Below are positions 38,401 to 48,512 of a stretch of 64,000 nucleotides of DNA, one piece after another. The notes beneath the pieces are model-generated. The model was not told where the DNA came from. It saw only the letters and a program-made list of their open reading frames with translations, and searched no databases. The stretch is from NCBI GenBank assembly GCA_017408485.1, contig JAFQUM010000022.1, positions 1,083-65,082 on the forward strand, in the 5' to 3' direction. Within the stretch, counting starts at the first letter, position 1; every line of letters begins with the position of its first letter. The position numbers were made by a program, and so were the translations under genes. The stretch is from Clostridia bacterium (GTDB lineage Bacteria; Bacillota; Clostridia; Oscillospirales; Butyricicoccaceae).

Positions 38401-38475
38401 ACCCACGCGGTTGAGGCGTTTGGAAATATGATAATTCAAAATGCATATTTCTTTGTGGAAAACGCAAATAAATAA
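35455..38475 (+). CDS. large lipoprotein with C-terminal M14 zinc carboxypeptidase domain (paralog 2)
   Basis: 1006 aa with the same architecture as paralog 1. Lipobox SAFAGC, (DEPDTP)14 linker, HTHQWDNG...CGSEG...CDCG...CSVCQ module, and M14 motifs (SGIHADEEAS, NPW, DLNRDF, DFHC). Confidence 0.75.
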   Translation: MRIKHILALMLSFIIFISAFAGCAEQTAQPIKPDAPIDTPDEPDTPDEPDTPDEPVTPDEPSNPDEPDTPDEPDTPDEPVTPDEPDTPDEPDTPDEPDTPDEPDTPDEPDTPDEPDTPDEPVTPPHTHQWDNGKVTKEATCGSEGVKTFTCDCGDTKTEAISISTEHSWSTGVIDGAFKLYICSVCQATRYEELPLPAGEPYIVVANHRWSVVSTGELGDNDGSVTVGLDGITYDRFTYKAVQTLAEEGHILAVKKSDIADYMAGKLDDSKTLSLAYADEKSELIGTEIYIEFDGDKVKNIATPKLSVVGKLNITENGGKYTVKVGNKIYFENADGSNILASKLYSYAYTSMAYFSAINKLRVFIKPASFVDLNMIYSNAAHNVSEIGTFYNEFYALRRTNHQVTGYDWDHDGKLDMVILNDGTTAKVEDINDATIGLGVNGTNAGYCGHGYCTHTTYKINDITLNCTPIAADIVMAYGDYKTGQITVEALTEVAGILTAIDWDKGTCVIDGITYEICIGGETPYGYAANKYRWASKNLDEELLDNKIKVLTDGKFIVRFVETAVEKIIPLADDSEFYQKNIFTTELYHKGITYTQTTPSYYTATFNSKLDSYAIILPVTLGKLYEVRFDTLPESLGVFRVNYDPSLQIDGTSCTINSNVRFLKTPPVKTLDTDFMHIPQQDEYLVIVTGNKLDDVYIGEQTIVAEGESNIDWWIPEEQGSIRRGDSNLMGDIDWTSEEFIDNMYEPVRKAHPEYITRNVIGKDQSGQYNMYSYIYTPENYKVTFLLASGIHADEEASYFALARIMNLIANATEEDTHLYFLRQNVRFVVIPLMNPWGVSQAKNTRTNSAGIDLNRDFFDMSQQESNNIIAEFEKYADSASMLIDFHCSGDKGKNDMFYNFPIQEPNAPIIFRTLNQLHHRQKELGYVEKLQAIDCIPGPYLWTGSRNVDTKGYVYLGVPSMTAEHFLYGLNFPAAYSAKSMTHAVEAFGNMIIQNAYFFVENANK
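35575..35826 (+). repeat. 14 x 18-bp tandem repeat encoding (D-E-P-D-T-P)
   Basis: Units are GATGAGCCTGACACTCCC-like. Four consecutive copies are identical and two more differ only by GAT/GAC. Confidence 0.9.
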
Positions 38476-38482
38476 GCAAACT

Positions 38483-38513
38483 AAAAAGCAGTTGCATTGG
38501 CAACTGCTTTTTG
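38483..38513. terminator. bidirectional terminator
   Basis: AAAAAGCAGTTGC-attg-GCAACTGCTTTTT. Confidence 0.7.
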
Positions 38514-38524
38514 TTGTATAAATA

Positions 38525-39292
38525 CTATTTTATGCTCTTTGAGTTGTATATTCTGTGCTTTGCCAAGAAGCGGCGTAATGATTTTTTGTGACTACACAGC
38601 TTTTCCTTACAGTTTTCGCAAGAAAGGCTGCAGTTGTTTTTTTCTAAAAATCTTTCGGGATATTTTTTGCGAAGTATCTCCCACTCTATAACCAATGCGA
38701 AAGATAAGAGCAGCAAGCTGAGGGTGTACGCATTTCTTACAAATATCAACGGCAAAAACATCATTGGGTAATCCCAATTATATATCTGGCAGGTAACGCA
38801 GCATTTATTCCCCATAATCCATTCTTGGAAAGGACAAAAGAACAATATGCAAATCATATCGAAAACCGAGAAAAACAGACAGATTATAAATATAAGCTCC
38901 TCGTCGATCACTCCACCGTAGAACAATGCACCGATGATGGCGGCTACGGCTAAAGTGATCACAGCCACAATGATATTGGAGCCTCTGCGATGAAGGATAG
39001 TGTTCTCCTTGGGCTCTTTTCGAGTTTTGAAATTGCGTTTAAACTGTTTTTGGCAACCCATACTCTCGATCTTTGAAGGGAAGAACCTCAAGGCTATCTC
39101 AACAACAAACACAAGCCATATAGTTATGAACACCAACGGGCGATGAGAATAGAAATCAAACAGCTCTGTTCCCCACACTCTGTCACAGATATAGGCACAA
39201 ACCGCAACCAAAAAGAGAAAGCTGCGGAATGCAAGCTTTATATAATGTATATTGGATATGAAAGATATGACCGGAGCCAATTTCTTTTTCAT
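38525..39292 (-). CDS. hypothetical polytopic membrane protein with Cys-rich motifs
   Basis: 255 aa with ~6 hydrophobic segments. It contains CCVTCQ and a C-terminal CSLSCENCKEKLC. I recognise no family. Confidence 0.5.
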   Translation of the reverse strand: MKKKLAPVISFISNIHYIKLAFRSFLFLVAVCAYICDRVWGTELFDFYSHRPLVFITIWLVFVVEIALRFFPSKIESMGCQKQFKRNFKTRKEPKENTILHRRGSNIIVAVITLAVAAIIGALFYGGVIDEELIFIICLFFSVFDMICILFFCPFQEWIMGNKCCVTCQIYNWDYPMMFLPLIFVRNAYTLSLLLLSFALVIEWEILRKKYPERFLEKNNCSLSCENCKEKLCSHKKSLRRFLAKHRIYNSKSIK

Positions 39293-39379
39293 AGATACCT
39301 CATCCGTCTTTAGTAATGGTTACTTATATATTACCACTTTTTGTCTGTCATTTCCACATATAAAATGTTAAATATAAAA

Positions 39380-39410
39380 AAACAAAGCGGAGAAAAAACT
39401 CCGCTTTGTG
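39380..39410 (-). terminator. rpmE terminator
   Basis: ACAAAGCGGAG-aaaaaa-CTCCGCTTTGT with flanking A and T runs. Confidence 0.7.
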
Positions 39411-39422
39411 TTTTTTGTTTTT

Positions 39423-39629
39423 TTACTTGCTCTCCATATTGAAGCGCTTCTTGAAGCGATCAACACGTCCGCCGGTATCTACCAGCTTCTGCTTGCCGGT
39501 ATAGAAAGGATGGCAGTTGGAGCAGATTTCAACACGGATATTCTCTTTAGTAGAGCCTACCTGGAACTCGTTGCCACATGCACACTTGACGGTAGTGGTC
39601 TTGTAGTTGGGATGGATACCCTCTTTCAT
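39423..39629 (-). CDS. rpmE: 50S ribosomal protein L31 (Zn-binding type A)
   Basis: [10 protein letters not shown]...CACGNEF...[13 protein letters not shown]. Confidence 0.95.
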   Translation of the reverse strand: MKEGIHPNYKTTTVKCACGNEFQVGSTKENIRVEICSNCHPFYTGKQKLVDTGGRVDRFKKRFNMESK

Positions 39630-39759
39630 TGCATTTCACCTCGCACGATTATACTGTCTGACAACGATTATCATAACACAATCAAAAGGCAAATGCAATC
39701 TTTTTTTTGAGTTTCTTACTAAATTTTTAAAAATAATCTTAAAAAAGAGATAAAAAAGG

Positions 39760-39788
39760 TTGACATTTCAGTCTATTTTTAGGATAAT
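39760..39788 (+). promoter_or_regulatory. sigma-A type promoter of the PPIase gene
   Basis: TTGACA, 17-nt spacer, GATAAT. Confidence 0.55.
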
Positions 39789-39887
39789 TTAAATGTTGTT
39801 AACAACAATACAATAGGAATAGTGTATAATCGATTCTGCGTTGTGTTGTTATATAAACGTTTATTATTTGCAAGGAAGGTTTATCTC

Positions 39888-41435
39888 ATGAAAAAGACAC
39901 AGACAAAGACCGATGCTAAGTCTCTTTGGATAAAGATCGGCGTAATTGCATTTGTTGTAGTTTTTGTTGCAACATTGCTCTTCTCTGTTCTGCGCTACAC
40001 CACAGGCGTTATGCACAGACTCTCTCCCGCTCTCACTGTTGGCGATGAAAAAGTTTCAGCAATGGATATGCGTATCTTCTATGCCGACACCAGAGCAAAC
40101 TACCTGTATCAGTACGGCTACATTCTCGAGATGTACGGATATGATCTGTCCACCATCGATTCTCAGCCCTGCCTGTATGATTCTTCTACAACTTGGGCTG
40201 GCTATTTCCTCCAGCAGACAATCAACTCTGTAACCAATGTTATGATCCTCAAGCAGATGGCTGAGGCAGACGGCTTTGAGATCAGCGATACTGTCAAGAA
40301 GGATGTTTCTGATTATATTCACAACATTGAGCATTCTGCAGAAGATCAGGACATATCCGTAAGAAAGTACCTGAAGCAGGTCTACGGCACAGGCACTTCC
40401 ATCAAGGATGTTGAGAAGATCGCTACTATCACCCAGTATGCAAATGAGTATTATACAACTATTTATGACGGATACTACGACGGCATTTCTGCTGAGGATG
40501 TAGAAAAGTACTACGGCGAGCATAAGGACGAGTATGATGTTGCTAACTTCTTTGCTCTTGTCGTTCCCTATGAGGAAGTTAAGTACGAAGCTCCCAAGGA
40601 TGGCGAAGAGCTTCCTGAAGGTGCTGCTACAAGCAAAGAGGATGCAGTTCTGAAAACCGAAGAAAACCGCAAGGCTGCTGAGGCTCTCGCAAACGAGATC
40701 AAAGAAAAGGTTACCGCAGAAAACTTTGACGAGATCGCAAAGGAATATTGGACCAAGGTCGACCCTGACAACGAGGATGTAGAGTTTACAACCCGTTTGA
40801 CCAGCGGTAAGCTCTCAGATACCTCCTCGGTATATGGTGAATGGTACAACTCTGAGGCAATCACCGAAGGCACCAAGATCGTTCTTGACAACACCGACGT
40901 AAAAGAATATATCGTTGCTCTGTACACCGGCCGCAGCCGTGAAGAAATTGAAACAGTTAATGTACGTCATATCCTTATCGGTGCAACCACCGAGATCAGT
41001 GAGGATCTTTCCGCTGAGGAAAAGGCTGAGGCTGAAAAGGCTAAGACTGAGGCTAAGGAAAAGGCTGACAAGCTGCTTGCTGACTTCCTTGCAGGTGAAA
41101 AGACTGCTGAGGCATTTGGTAAGCTGGCTGACGAAAATACTCAGGATACCGGTTCTTTTGGCAAGGGCGGCCTTTATGAGAACGTCGCTCCCGGAGAAAT
41201 GGTCGAAGCATTTGATGCATGGATCTTTGACGAAGCACGCAAGGTTGGAGATACCGCTGTTGTTGAGACAGAGCATGGCTACCACGTAATGTACTTTGAA
41301 GGCGCAGGCGAGCTTCAGTACATTGTAAACATCAAGAATACTATTGCAAGTGAAAAGTACACCGAAAAGTACACTGCATTCTCCGAGGGTATGGAAGCTA
41401 AGGACCACAACTTCGGTATGATGTTGGCATTCTAA
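39888..41435 (+). CDS. membrane-anchored parvulin-type peptidyl-prolyl isomerase (PrsA/SurA-like)
   Basis: I chose the start at MKKTQTK (39888). One N-terminal TM helix and a parvulin domain (VNVRHILIG...GGLYENVAPGEMVEAFDAW...GYHVMYF). Confidence 0.75.
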   Translation: MKKTQTKTDAKSLWIKIGVIAFVVVFVATLLFSVLRYTTGVMHRLSPALTVGDEKVSAMDMRIFYADTRANYLYQYGYILEMYGYDLSTIDSQPCLYDSSTTWAGYFLQQTINSVTNVMILKQMAEADGFEISDTVKKDVSDYIHNIEHSAEDQDISVRKYLKQVYGTGTSIKDVEKIATITQYANEYYTTIYDGYYDGISAEDVEKYYGEHKDEYDVANFFALVVPYEEVKYEAPKDGEELPEGAATSKEDAVLKTEENRKAAEALANEIKEKVTAENFDEIAKEYWTKVDPDNEDVEFTTRLTSGKLSDTSSVYGEWYNSEAITEGTKIVLDNTDVKEYIVALYTGRSREEIETVNVRHILIGATTEISEDLSAEEKAEAEKAKTEAKEKADKLLADFLAGEKTAEAFGKLADENTQDTGSFGKGGLYENVAPGEMVEAFDAWIFDEARKVGDTAVVETEHGYHVMYFEGAGELQYIVNIKNTIASEKYTEKYTAFSEGMEAKDHNFGMMLAF

Positions 41436-41450
41436 AGCTTAATAATTTTA

Positions 41451-41482
41451 AACGGCTTGGCGCCTTGCCAAGCCGTTTTTTA
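41451..41482 (+). terminator. PPIase terminator
   Basis: AAACGGCTTGGC-gcct-(T)GCCAAGCCGTTT followed by TTT. Confidence 0.7.
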
Positions 41483-41489
41483 ATTGCTT

Positions 41490-41522
41490 AAAAAGCGGTG
41501 AGAATTATCTCACCGCTTTTTT
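41490..41522 (-). terminator. murC terminator
   Basis: AAAAAGCGGTGAGA-attat-CTCACCGCTTTTTTT. Confidence 0.7.
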
Positions 41523-41524
41523 TC

Positions 41525-43363
41525 TTACTTTTCTGTGTCGCCTTCGTAGATTCGGGAGCTTTCACCCCAAGGATGATAGCCTGTACCGATATGCTTGAAG
41601 CCGAAGTTTTCATAATAACCGATATGTCCCGTGGCAATATAGACCTTTTTAAAGCCTGCCGCCGCGGCATCCTTTTTTGCGCGATCAAGCAAAATACCGC
41701 CCAATGCTCTGCCGCGATATTCGGGAGAAATATAGATGGCGCAGATCCAAGGATACAGATCCTGACGGCTGATAAAGTCGTTGGTTATCAAGCCAGCACA
41801 GCCTACGATATGGTCATCCTCTTCAAGCAGATACCATTGAGGCAGAGGTGACTCGGTATGCAAGCAATAGGAAATGCAGTTTTCGTAAACTCGCTCGTTC
41901 TCTTCGGTTGCCCAGATCTCGCTGATATAACGAATTGCCGCGCCCTTGTATTCGGGCTGTTCTCTTACAGATATGATATGCACTTTTTCTGCCCCCTTCT
42001 CTGCGATAATGTCGGCTATTTTATATACATCACCCGCGCCCATTGTGATTATAATATCACCCTGCTGCGCGTTATTTACTACCCATTCGGCTGCCTGCTC
42101 CATATTCTCTGCCCAACCTGCGCCTGAAATAAGTTCTGCAAGACACTGTGCCGAAACGCCCAGATCGTCGGTCTCTCTTGCCGAATAAATGGGGCAGATC
42201 ATAAGCTTATCGGCATAGCTTAAAGCCTTGCCAAACTCATCAAGCAGTGATGCCGTTCTGCTGTAGGTGTGGGGTTGGAACACACAAAGCACTCTGCCAT
42301 CGGTCATATCCCTTGCCATTTTCAGAGTGGCTTCTATCTCTGACGGATGGTGAGCATAGTCGTCATATATCTGTGCGCCCTTCCATCTGCCTATCTGCTC
42401 CATACGGCGGCCTACGCCTCCGTATTTACGCATACCTTTTTCAAACTCTTCGGGAGGTATGCCCAAAGCGATGGCGCAAGCGGCACATGCTAATGCGTTG
42501 CTGAGATTATGCTTGCCCGTTACCTGCAGGTCAAGGCAACACCACAGCTTGCCTCTGTAAAAGACCTCGCAACTGCTTTTTTTGCCGATATTGACATTGA
42601 CTCCCCTGACATCGCAATGCTTTGCAAAACCGAAGGTAAGTATCTTTCGGTCAACGCCCTTGATGGAGTTAAGCGCCATTGCATCGTCGCCGCAAACGAC
42701 TACAGTTCCGCTTTCGGGGGTGCGAAGGGCGAACTTTTTAAAGGATTCGGAAACGGCATTTATATCCTTAAAATAATCAGGATGGTCAAACTCTACATTT
42801 AATATAACTGCAATGGTAGGACAGAACTGTAAAAACGAGTCCTTATACTCGCAAGCCTCTGCAACTATAAGTCCGTTGCCGCCGATACGCAGTGTTCCCG
42901 CAATAGTTGAAAGCTCACCGCCAACCATAACAGTTGGATCAAGTCCCGCACTGATTCCCAAGGTTGCAAGCATTGCGGTAGTGGTAGTCTTGCCGTGGGT
43001 TCCCGCAACGCAGACCGCCTTGTCATAGCCGCGCATAAGCAGTCCCCAAGCTTCACTGCGCTCCATTACGGGGATATTCTTCTCACGCGCTGTCACTATA
43101 TCGGGGTTATCGTCGTGAACTGCCGCGGTGCGGATAAGCAACGCAGCTCCGTCTATTCCCTTCCCGTTTTGGGGCACTTGTATTTTTGCGCCCTGTTTAC
43201 GCAGTGACTCTATAGCTTTGCTTTCGTCGCGGTCGGAACCTCCAACGACAGCACCCATATCAATAAGCAGACCTGCCAGCGCACGCATAGAAACGCCGCC
43301 TATTCCGCTGAGGAAAATAGGCGCTTTTGACGCTATCAGATCCATAAACTCTTTATACTGCAT
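41525..43363 (-). CDS. murC: UDP-N-acetylmuramate--L-alanine ligase fused to a C-terminal GNAT acetyltransferase domain
   Basis: 612 aa. Residues ~1-455 are MurC (GIGGVSMRALA, VAGTHGKTTTTAM, DDYAHHPSE). Residues ~460-612 are GNAT-like (IYISPEYRGRALGGILLDRA...GYYENFGF). The frame is continuous with no stop or shift. Confidence 0.8.
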   Translation of the reverse strand: MQYKEFMDLIASKAPIFLSGIGGVSMRALAGLLIDMGAVVGGSDRDESKAIESLRKQGAKIQVPQNGKGIDGAALLIRTAAVHDDNPDIVTAREKNIPVMERSEAWGLLMRGYDKAVCVAGTHGKTTTTAMLATLGISAGLDPTVMVGGELSTIAGTLRIGGNGLIVAEACEYKDSFLQFCPTIAVILNVEFDHPDYFKDINAVSESFKKFALRTPESGTVVVCGDDAMALNSIKGVDRKILTFGFAKHCDVRGVNVNIGKKSSCEVFYRGKLWCCLDLQVTGKHNLSNALACAACAIALGIPPEEFEKGMRKYGGVGRRMEQIGRWKGAQIYDDYAHHPSEIEATLKMARDMTDGRVLCVFQPHTYSRTASLLDEFGKALSYADKLMICPIYSARETDDLGVSAQCLAELISGAGWAENMEQAAEWVVNNAQQGDIIITMGAGDVYKIADIIAEKGAEKVHIISVREQPEYKGAAIRYISEIWATEENERVYENCISYCLHTESPLPQWYLLEEDDHIVGCAGLITNDFISRQDLYPWICAIYISPEYRGRALGGILLDRAKKDAAAAGFKKVYIATGHIGYYENFGFKHIGTGYHPWGESSRIYEGDTEK

Positions 43364-43462
43364 AGTTACACCTCTTTATTAGTTCCATTATATTACATCT
43401 TGGTCAAAAGATAAACACTTTTTTCTCAATCTGAATATGATATTTAGAGAGGAGTGATGTAT

Positions 43463-44167
43463 ATGACCGAAAAAAAGCCTTTGATTGCCCTATCGGAGGG
43501 CGGCAGAAAGCACGAATACTTGGCTGAAATGCTACAAAGAGACGGATATGCCGTGAATATAACCGACGGGGAAAAGGCACGGGGCGCTGACTTTTACATA
43601 ATACCTAAGCTCAAAAATGCCCGCAGCTTTGATAACTGCTCGACTAAGGTTATTGAATATCTTACATTGGAGGATTTTAAGTCTGCCAACGGAATCCTCA
43701 CTGCCGAAGCGGCAATAGCTGTGGCAATGGAAAACACAGACTTTGCTCTTTCAGGCTGTAAGGCTCTTGTGACGGGAGGCGGAGCAATCGCCCTCCCCCT
43801 TGCTCTGCGGCTAAAGGCTTTGGGTTCATTCGTAACTGTGGCGGCACGGAATACAGCGAAGCTGGAGCTTTTGAGAGCTGATGGCATTTTTGCCGTTGAT
43901 CTTTGCTTTGCAGGCGGCGAGTATGATGTTGTTTTTAACACTGTTCCCGCCCTTGTTTTTGACCAAAAAATGCTCAGCGCCATAAACCCCGATGCTCTTT
44001 TGATAGACCTGGCTTCCCTGCCCGGCGGGGTGGATAAGACCGCTGCGGAGGAGCTTGGAATAAGGGTCATTCCCGCCCTTGCCTTGCCCGGCAAGCATAT
44101 GCCCAAGTCTGCCGCAAAAGTGATACATAATTCTGTTATAAAAGCAATAAAGGAGATGACATTATGA
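43463..44167 (+). CDS. dpaA: dipicolinate synthase subunit A (short form)
   Basis: Rossmann-like region (VTGGGAIALPLALRLKALGSFVTVAARN). It lies directly upstream of dpaB and is coupled to it. ATG at 43463 lies 8 nt after GAGGAG. Confidence 0.7.
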   Translation: MTEKKPLIALSEGGRKHEYLAEMLQRDGYAVNITDGEKARGADFYIIPKLKNARSFDNCSTKVIEYLTLEDFKSANGILTAEAAIAVAMENTDFALSGCKALVTGGGAIALPLALRLKALGSFVTVAARNTAKLELLRADGIFAVDLCFAGGEYDVVFNTVPALVFDQKMLSAINPDALLIDLASLPGGVDKTAAEELGIRVIPALALPGKHMPKSAAKVIHNSVIKAIKEMTL

Positions 44168-44733
44168 CCGGACACAGGATAGGAGTGGGCATTTGCGGCT
44201 CATTCTGTACTTTTTCGCAAATACTCCCCGTACTTAAAACACTTTCCTGCTCAAATGAGGTAACTGCGGTGCTGTCTTATTCTACCCAAGAGATAGACAC
44301 CCGATTTTACCGCGCCGATGACTTCAAGCGTGATGTGATAAATGTCACGGGCAGAGCGCCCATAACCACCATTTCAGGAGCGGAGCAGGTCGGGCCTCAG
44401 CACCTATTTGATGTAATGCTTATCGCTCCTTGCACGGGAAACACTATGGCAAAGCTTCGCTATGGAATTACCGATACACCCGTGCTTATGGCAGCAAAGG
44501 CACATCTGCGCAACAATAAGCCGCTTGTTATTGGCTTTTCGACCAACGACGCTTTAGGTGCTGCTGCTCCCAATTGGGGTGAGCTTTTAAACCGTCGAAA
44601 TATATATTTTGTGCCCTTTTCTCAGGACGACTATGACAAAAAACCGCGCTCTATGGCGGCACATTTCGGACTGTGCGAAAAGGCATTGGAAGCGGCGCTT
44701 CGAGGTGAGCAGCTACAGCCTATTATAGGATAA
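44164..44733 (+). CDS. dpaB: dipicolinate synthase subunit B (flavoprotein)
   Basis: RIGVGICGSFCT...APCTGNTMAKL is typical of SpoVFB. ATGA overlap with dpaA. Confidence 0.85.
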   Translation: MTGHRIGVGICGSFCTFSQILPVLKTLSCSNEVTAVLSYSTQEIDTRFYRADDFKRDVINVTGRAPITTISGAEQVGPQHLFDVMLIAPCTGNTMAKLRYGITDTPVLMAAKAHLRNNKPLVIGFSTNDALGAAAPNWGELLNRRNIYFVPFSQDDYDKKPRSMAAHFGLCEKALEAALRGEQLQPIIG

Positions 44734-44772
44734 GATATGGAATATCAAAAACTGCACCATTTTTGACACATA

Positions 44773-44806
44773 AAAAGGACGGAGATACATATCTCCGCCC
44801 TTTTGG
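44773..44806. terminator. terminator between convergent dpaB and groEL
   Basis: GGACGGAGAT-acat-ATCTCCGCCC with flanking A and T runs. Confidence 0.6.
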
Positions 44807-44823
44807 TTTTATAGGCTATTCAA

Positions 44824-46757
<1,934 letters not shown>

Positions 46758-46795
46758 TTACCTCGTTTCTTTATTTTATATTGTTATTTTTATTT

Positions 46796-46822
46796 TTGGC
46801 ACTCTTGACCTTTGAGTGCTAA
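46796..46822. promoter_or_regulatory. CIRCE element (HrcA operator)
   Basis: TTGGCACTC-N9-GAGTGCTAA matches the consensus TTAGCACTC-N9-GAGTGCTAA at 17 of 18 positions. It lies 45 nt upstream of groES. Confidence 0.85.
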
Positions 46823-46833
46823 CCACAAGTAAT

Positions 46834-46861
46834 ATGATACCACATCTATCTGTAAAATCAA
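46834..46861 (-). promoter_or_regulatory. groESL sigma-A promoter
   Basis: On the minus strand: TTGATT, 16-nt spacer, (TGg)TATCAT, immediately upstream of CIRCE. Confidence 0.5.
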
Positions 46862-46963
46862 GTCTTTTTTGTAAACATTTTCATATTTTTACCGATGGTT
46901 TGATTTATAATTGACTGCATAGTAAAAATGTGAGATAATATAATATAGTAAAGGAGTGATTAT

Positions 46964-47380
46964 ATGTCTTATGTATGGTTCGGCGCAATGATACTTTTTG
47001 TATTTTTGGAAGCCGCCACTATGGGCATCAATTTTATATGGTTTGCGCTTGGCTCATTAGGTGCTATGATCTCTGCTATGCTGGGCGCGCAAATATGGCT
47101 GCAAGTAGTTATTTTTATAGTTGTTACCGCGGTCACACTTTATTTTACGCGACCTTTGGTAAAAAAATACTTCAATAGTAAAAGAGTTCCCACCAATGCC
47201 GACCGCATAATCGGTAAGACCGCTACCGTCACCGAAGAGATCGACAACTCAAAGGGTGTCGGTCAGATCAGCATTGAGGGTCAGATATGGTCAGCACGAA
47301 GCGAAGGCAACACCCCGATTCCCTGCGGCAGCACAGTTACAATTGTATCCATTGTCGGCGTAAAAGCCGTTGTAAAATAA
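46964..47380 (+). CDS. NfeD family membrane protein
   Basis: 138 aa. Two or three TM helices plus a C-terminal OB-like domain (GQISIEGQIWSARS...). Precedes an SPFH gene. Confidence 0.8.
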   Translation: MSYVWFGAMILFVFLEAATMGINFIWFALGSLGAMISAMLGAQIWLQVVIFIVVTAVTLYFTRPLVKKYFNSKRVPTNADRIIGKTATVTEEIDNSKGVGQISIEGQIWSARSEGNTPIPCGSTVTIVSIVGVKAVVK

Positions 47381-47393
47381 AAGGAGGAGCATT

Positions 47394-48281
47394 ATGGAAT
47401 TAGTTATTATCCTTGCCGTTATCGTTATTGCGATAATCGTCATCTGTGTCAACATCGTTGTTGTTCCCCAGGCAAATGCTTATGTTATTGAACGACTCGG
47501 CGCATATCAGACCACTTGGGGCACAGGCTTGCACTTCAAGATTCCCATCATCGAGCGTGTTGCCAACAGGATCACACTTAAGGAACGGGTTGGTGACTTT
47601 CCTCCCCAGCCGGTCATAACCAAGGATAATGTTACAATGAAGATCGACACGGTCATCTATTTTCAGGTAACCGATCCCAAGCTGTTCACCTATGGTATCG
47701 TCAATCCTATGGCTGCAATCGAAAACCTCACCGCAACCACCCTGCGTAACATAATCGGTGACTTGGAGCTTGATCAGACCCTTACCTCCCGCGATATAAT
47801 CAACTCCAAGATGCGCGCTATCCTCGACGAAGCCACCGATCCTTGGGGCATCAAGATAAACCGCGTTGAGCTGAAGAATATTATTCCTCCCGCCGCAATT
47901 CAGGACGCTATGGAAAGACAGATGAAGGCAGAGCGTGAGCGCCGCGAATCCATCCTTAAGGCTGAGGGTGAAAAGCGTTCGGCTATTCTTATCGCAGAGG
48001 GTGAGCGCGAATCTATGATCCTTCGTGCCGATGCCGCAAAGCAGCAGAAGATCAAGGAAGCAGAGGGTGAGGCAGAGGCTTTGCTCGCCGTTCAGACCGC
48101 CCTTGCAAACTCCATCAAACTGCTGAATGAAGCTAACCCCGGTGAAGCAGTTGTCAAGCTTAAGGCTCTTGAGACCTTTGCTCAGGTCTCCAACGGTCAG
48201 GCTACAAAGATAATCATTCCCTCCGAGATACAGAGCATTGCAGGTCTTGCCGCATCTGCAAAGGAGCTACTGAAGGACTGA
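47394..48281 (+). CDS. SPFH/band-7 (stomatin-like) protein
   Basis: 295 aa. An N-terminal TM helix, an SPFH domain, and an Ala/Glu-rich coiled coil. Confidence 0.85.
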   Translation: MELVIILAVIVIAIIVICVNIVVVPQANAYVIERLGAYQTTWGTGLHFKIPIIERVANRITLKERVGDFPPQPVITKDNVTMKIDTVIYFQVTDPKLFTYGIVNPMAAIENLTATTLRNIIGDLELDQTLTSRDIINSKMRAILDEATDPWGIKINRVELKNIIPPAAIQDAMERQMKAERERRESILKAEGEKRSAILIAEGERESMILRADAAKQQKIKEAEGEAEALLAVQTALANSIKLLNEANPGEAVVKLKALETFAQVSNGQATKIIIPSEIQSIAGLAASAKELLKD

Positions 48282-48303
48282 TACCAACTATCATATAAGT
48301 ATC

Positions 48304-48342
48304 AAACCCTCCGCAATTTTGTAGTAAATTGCGGAGGGTCTA
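48304..48342 (+). terminator. terminator
   Basis: ACCCTCCGCAATTT-tgtagt-AAATTGCGGAGGGT. Confidence 0.7.
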
Positions 48343-48512
48343 TATTTAAGAATAACAGTGTCTGCTTTGGGAATATAATTATTCTTTATAAGGCATATTT
48401 AAAACTTGTATTCTCAAATGAACAATAGACTGTTGCCGTTTTCTTCACTTATGTGTAAAATATTATTATAATACTAAGTCTTACAATGATATTGAAAGCG
48501 GAGAAAAAAAGC

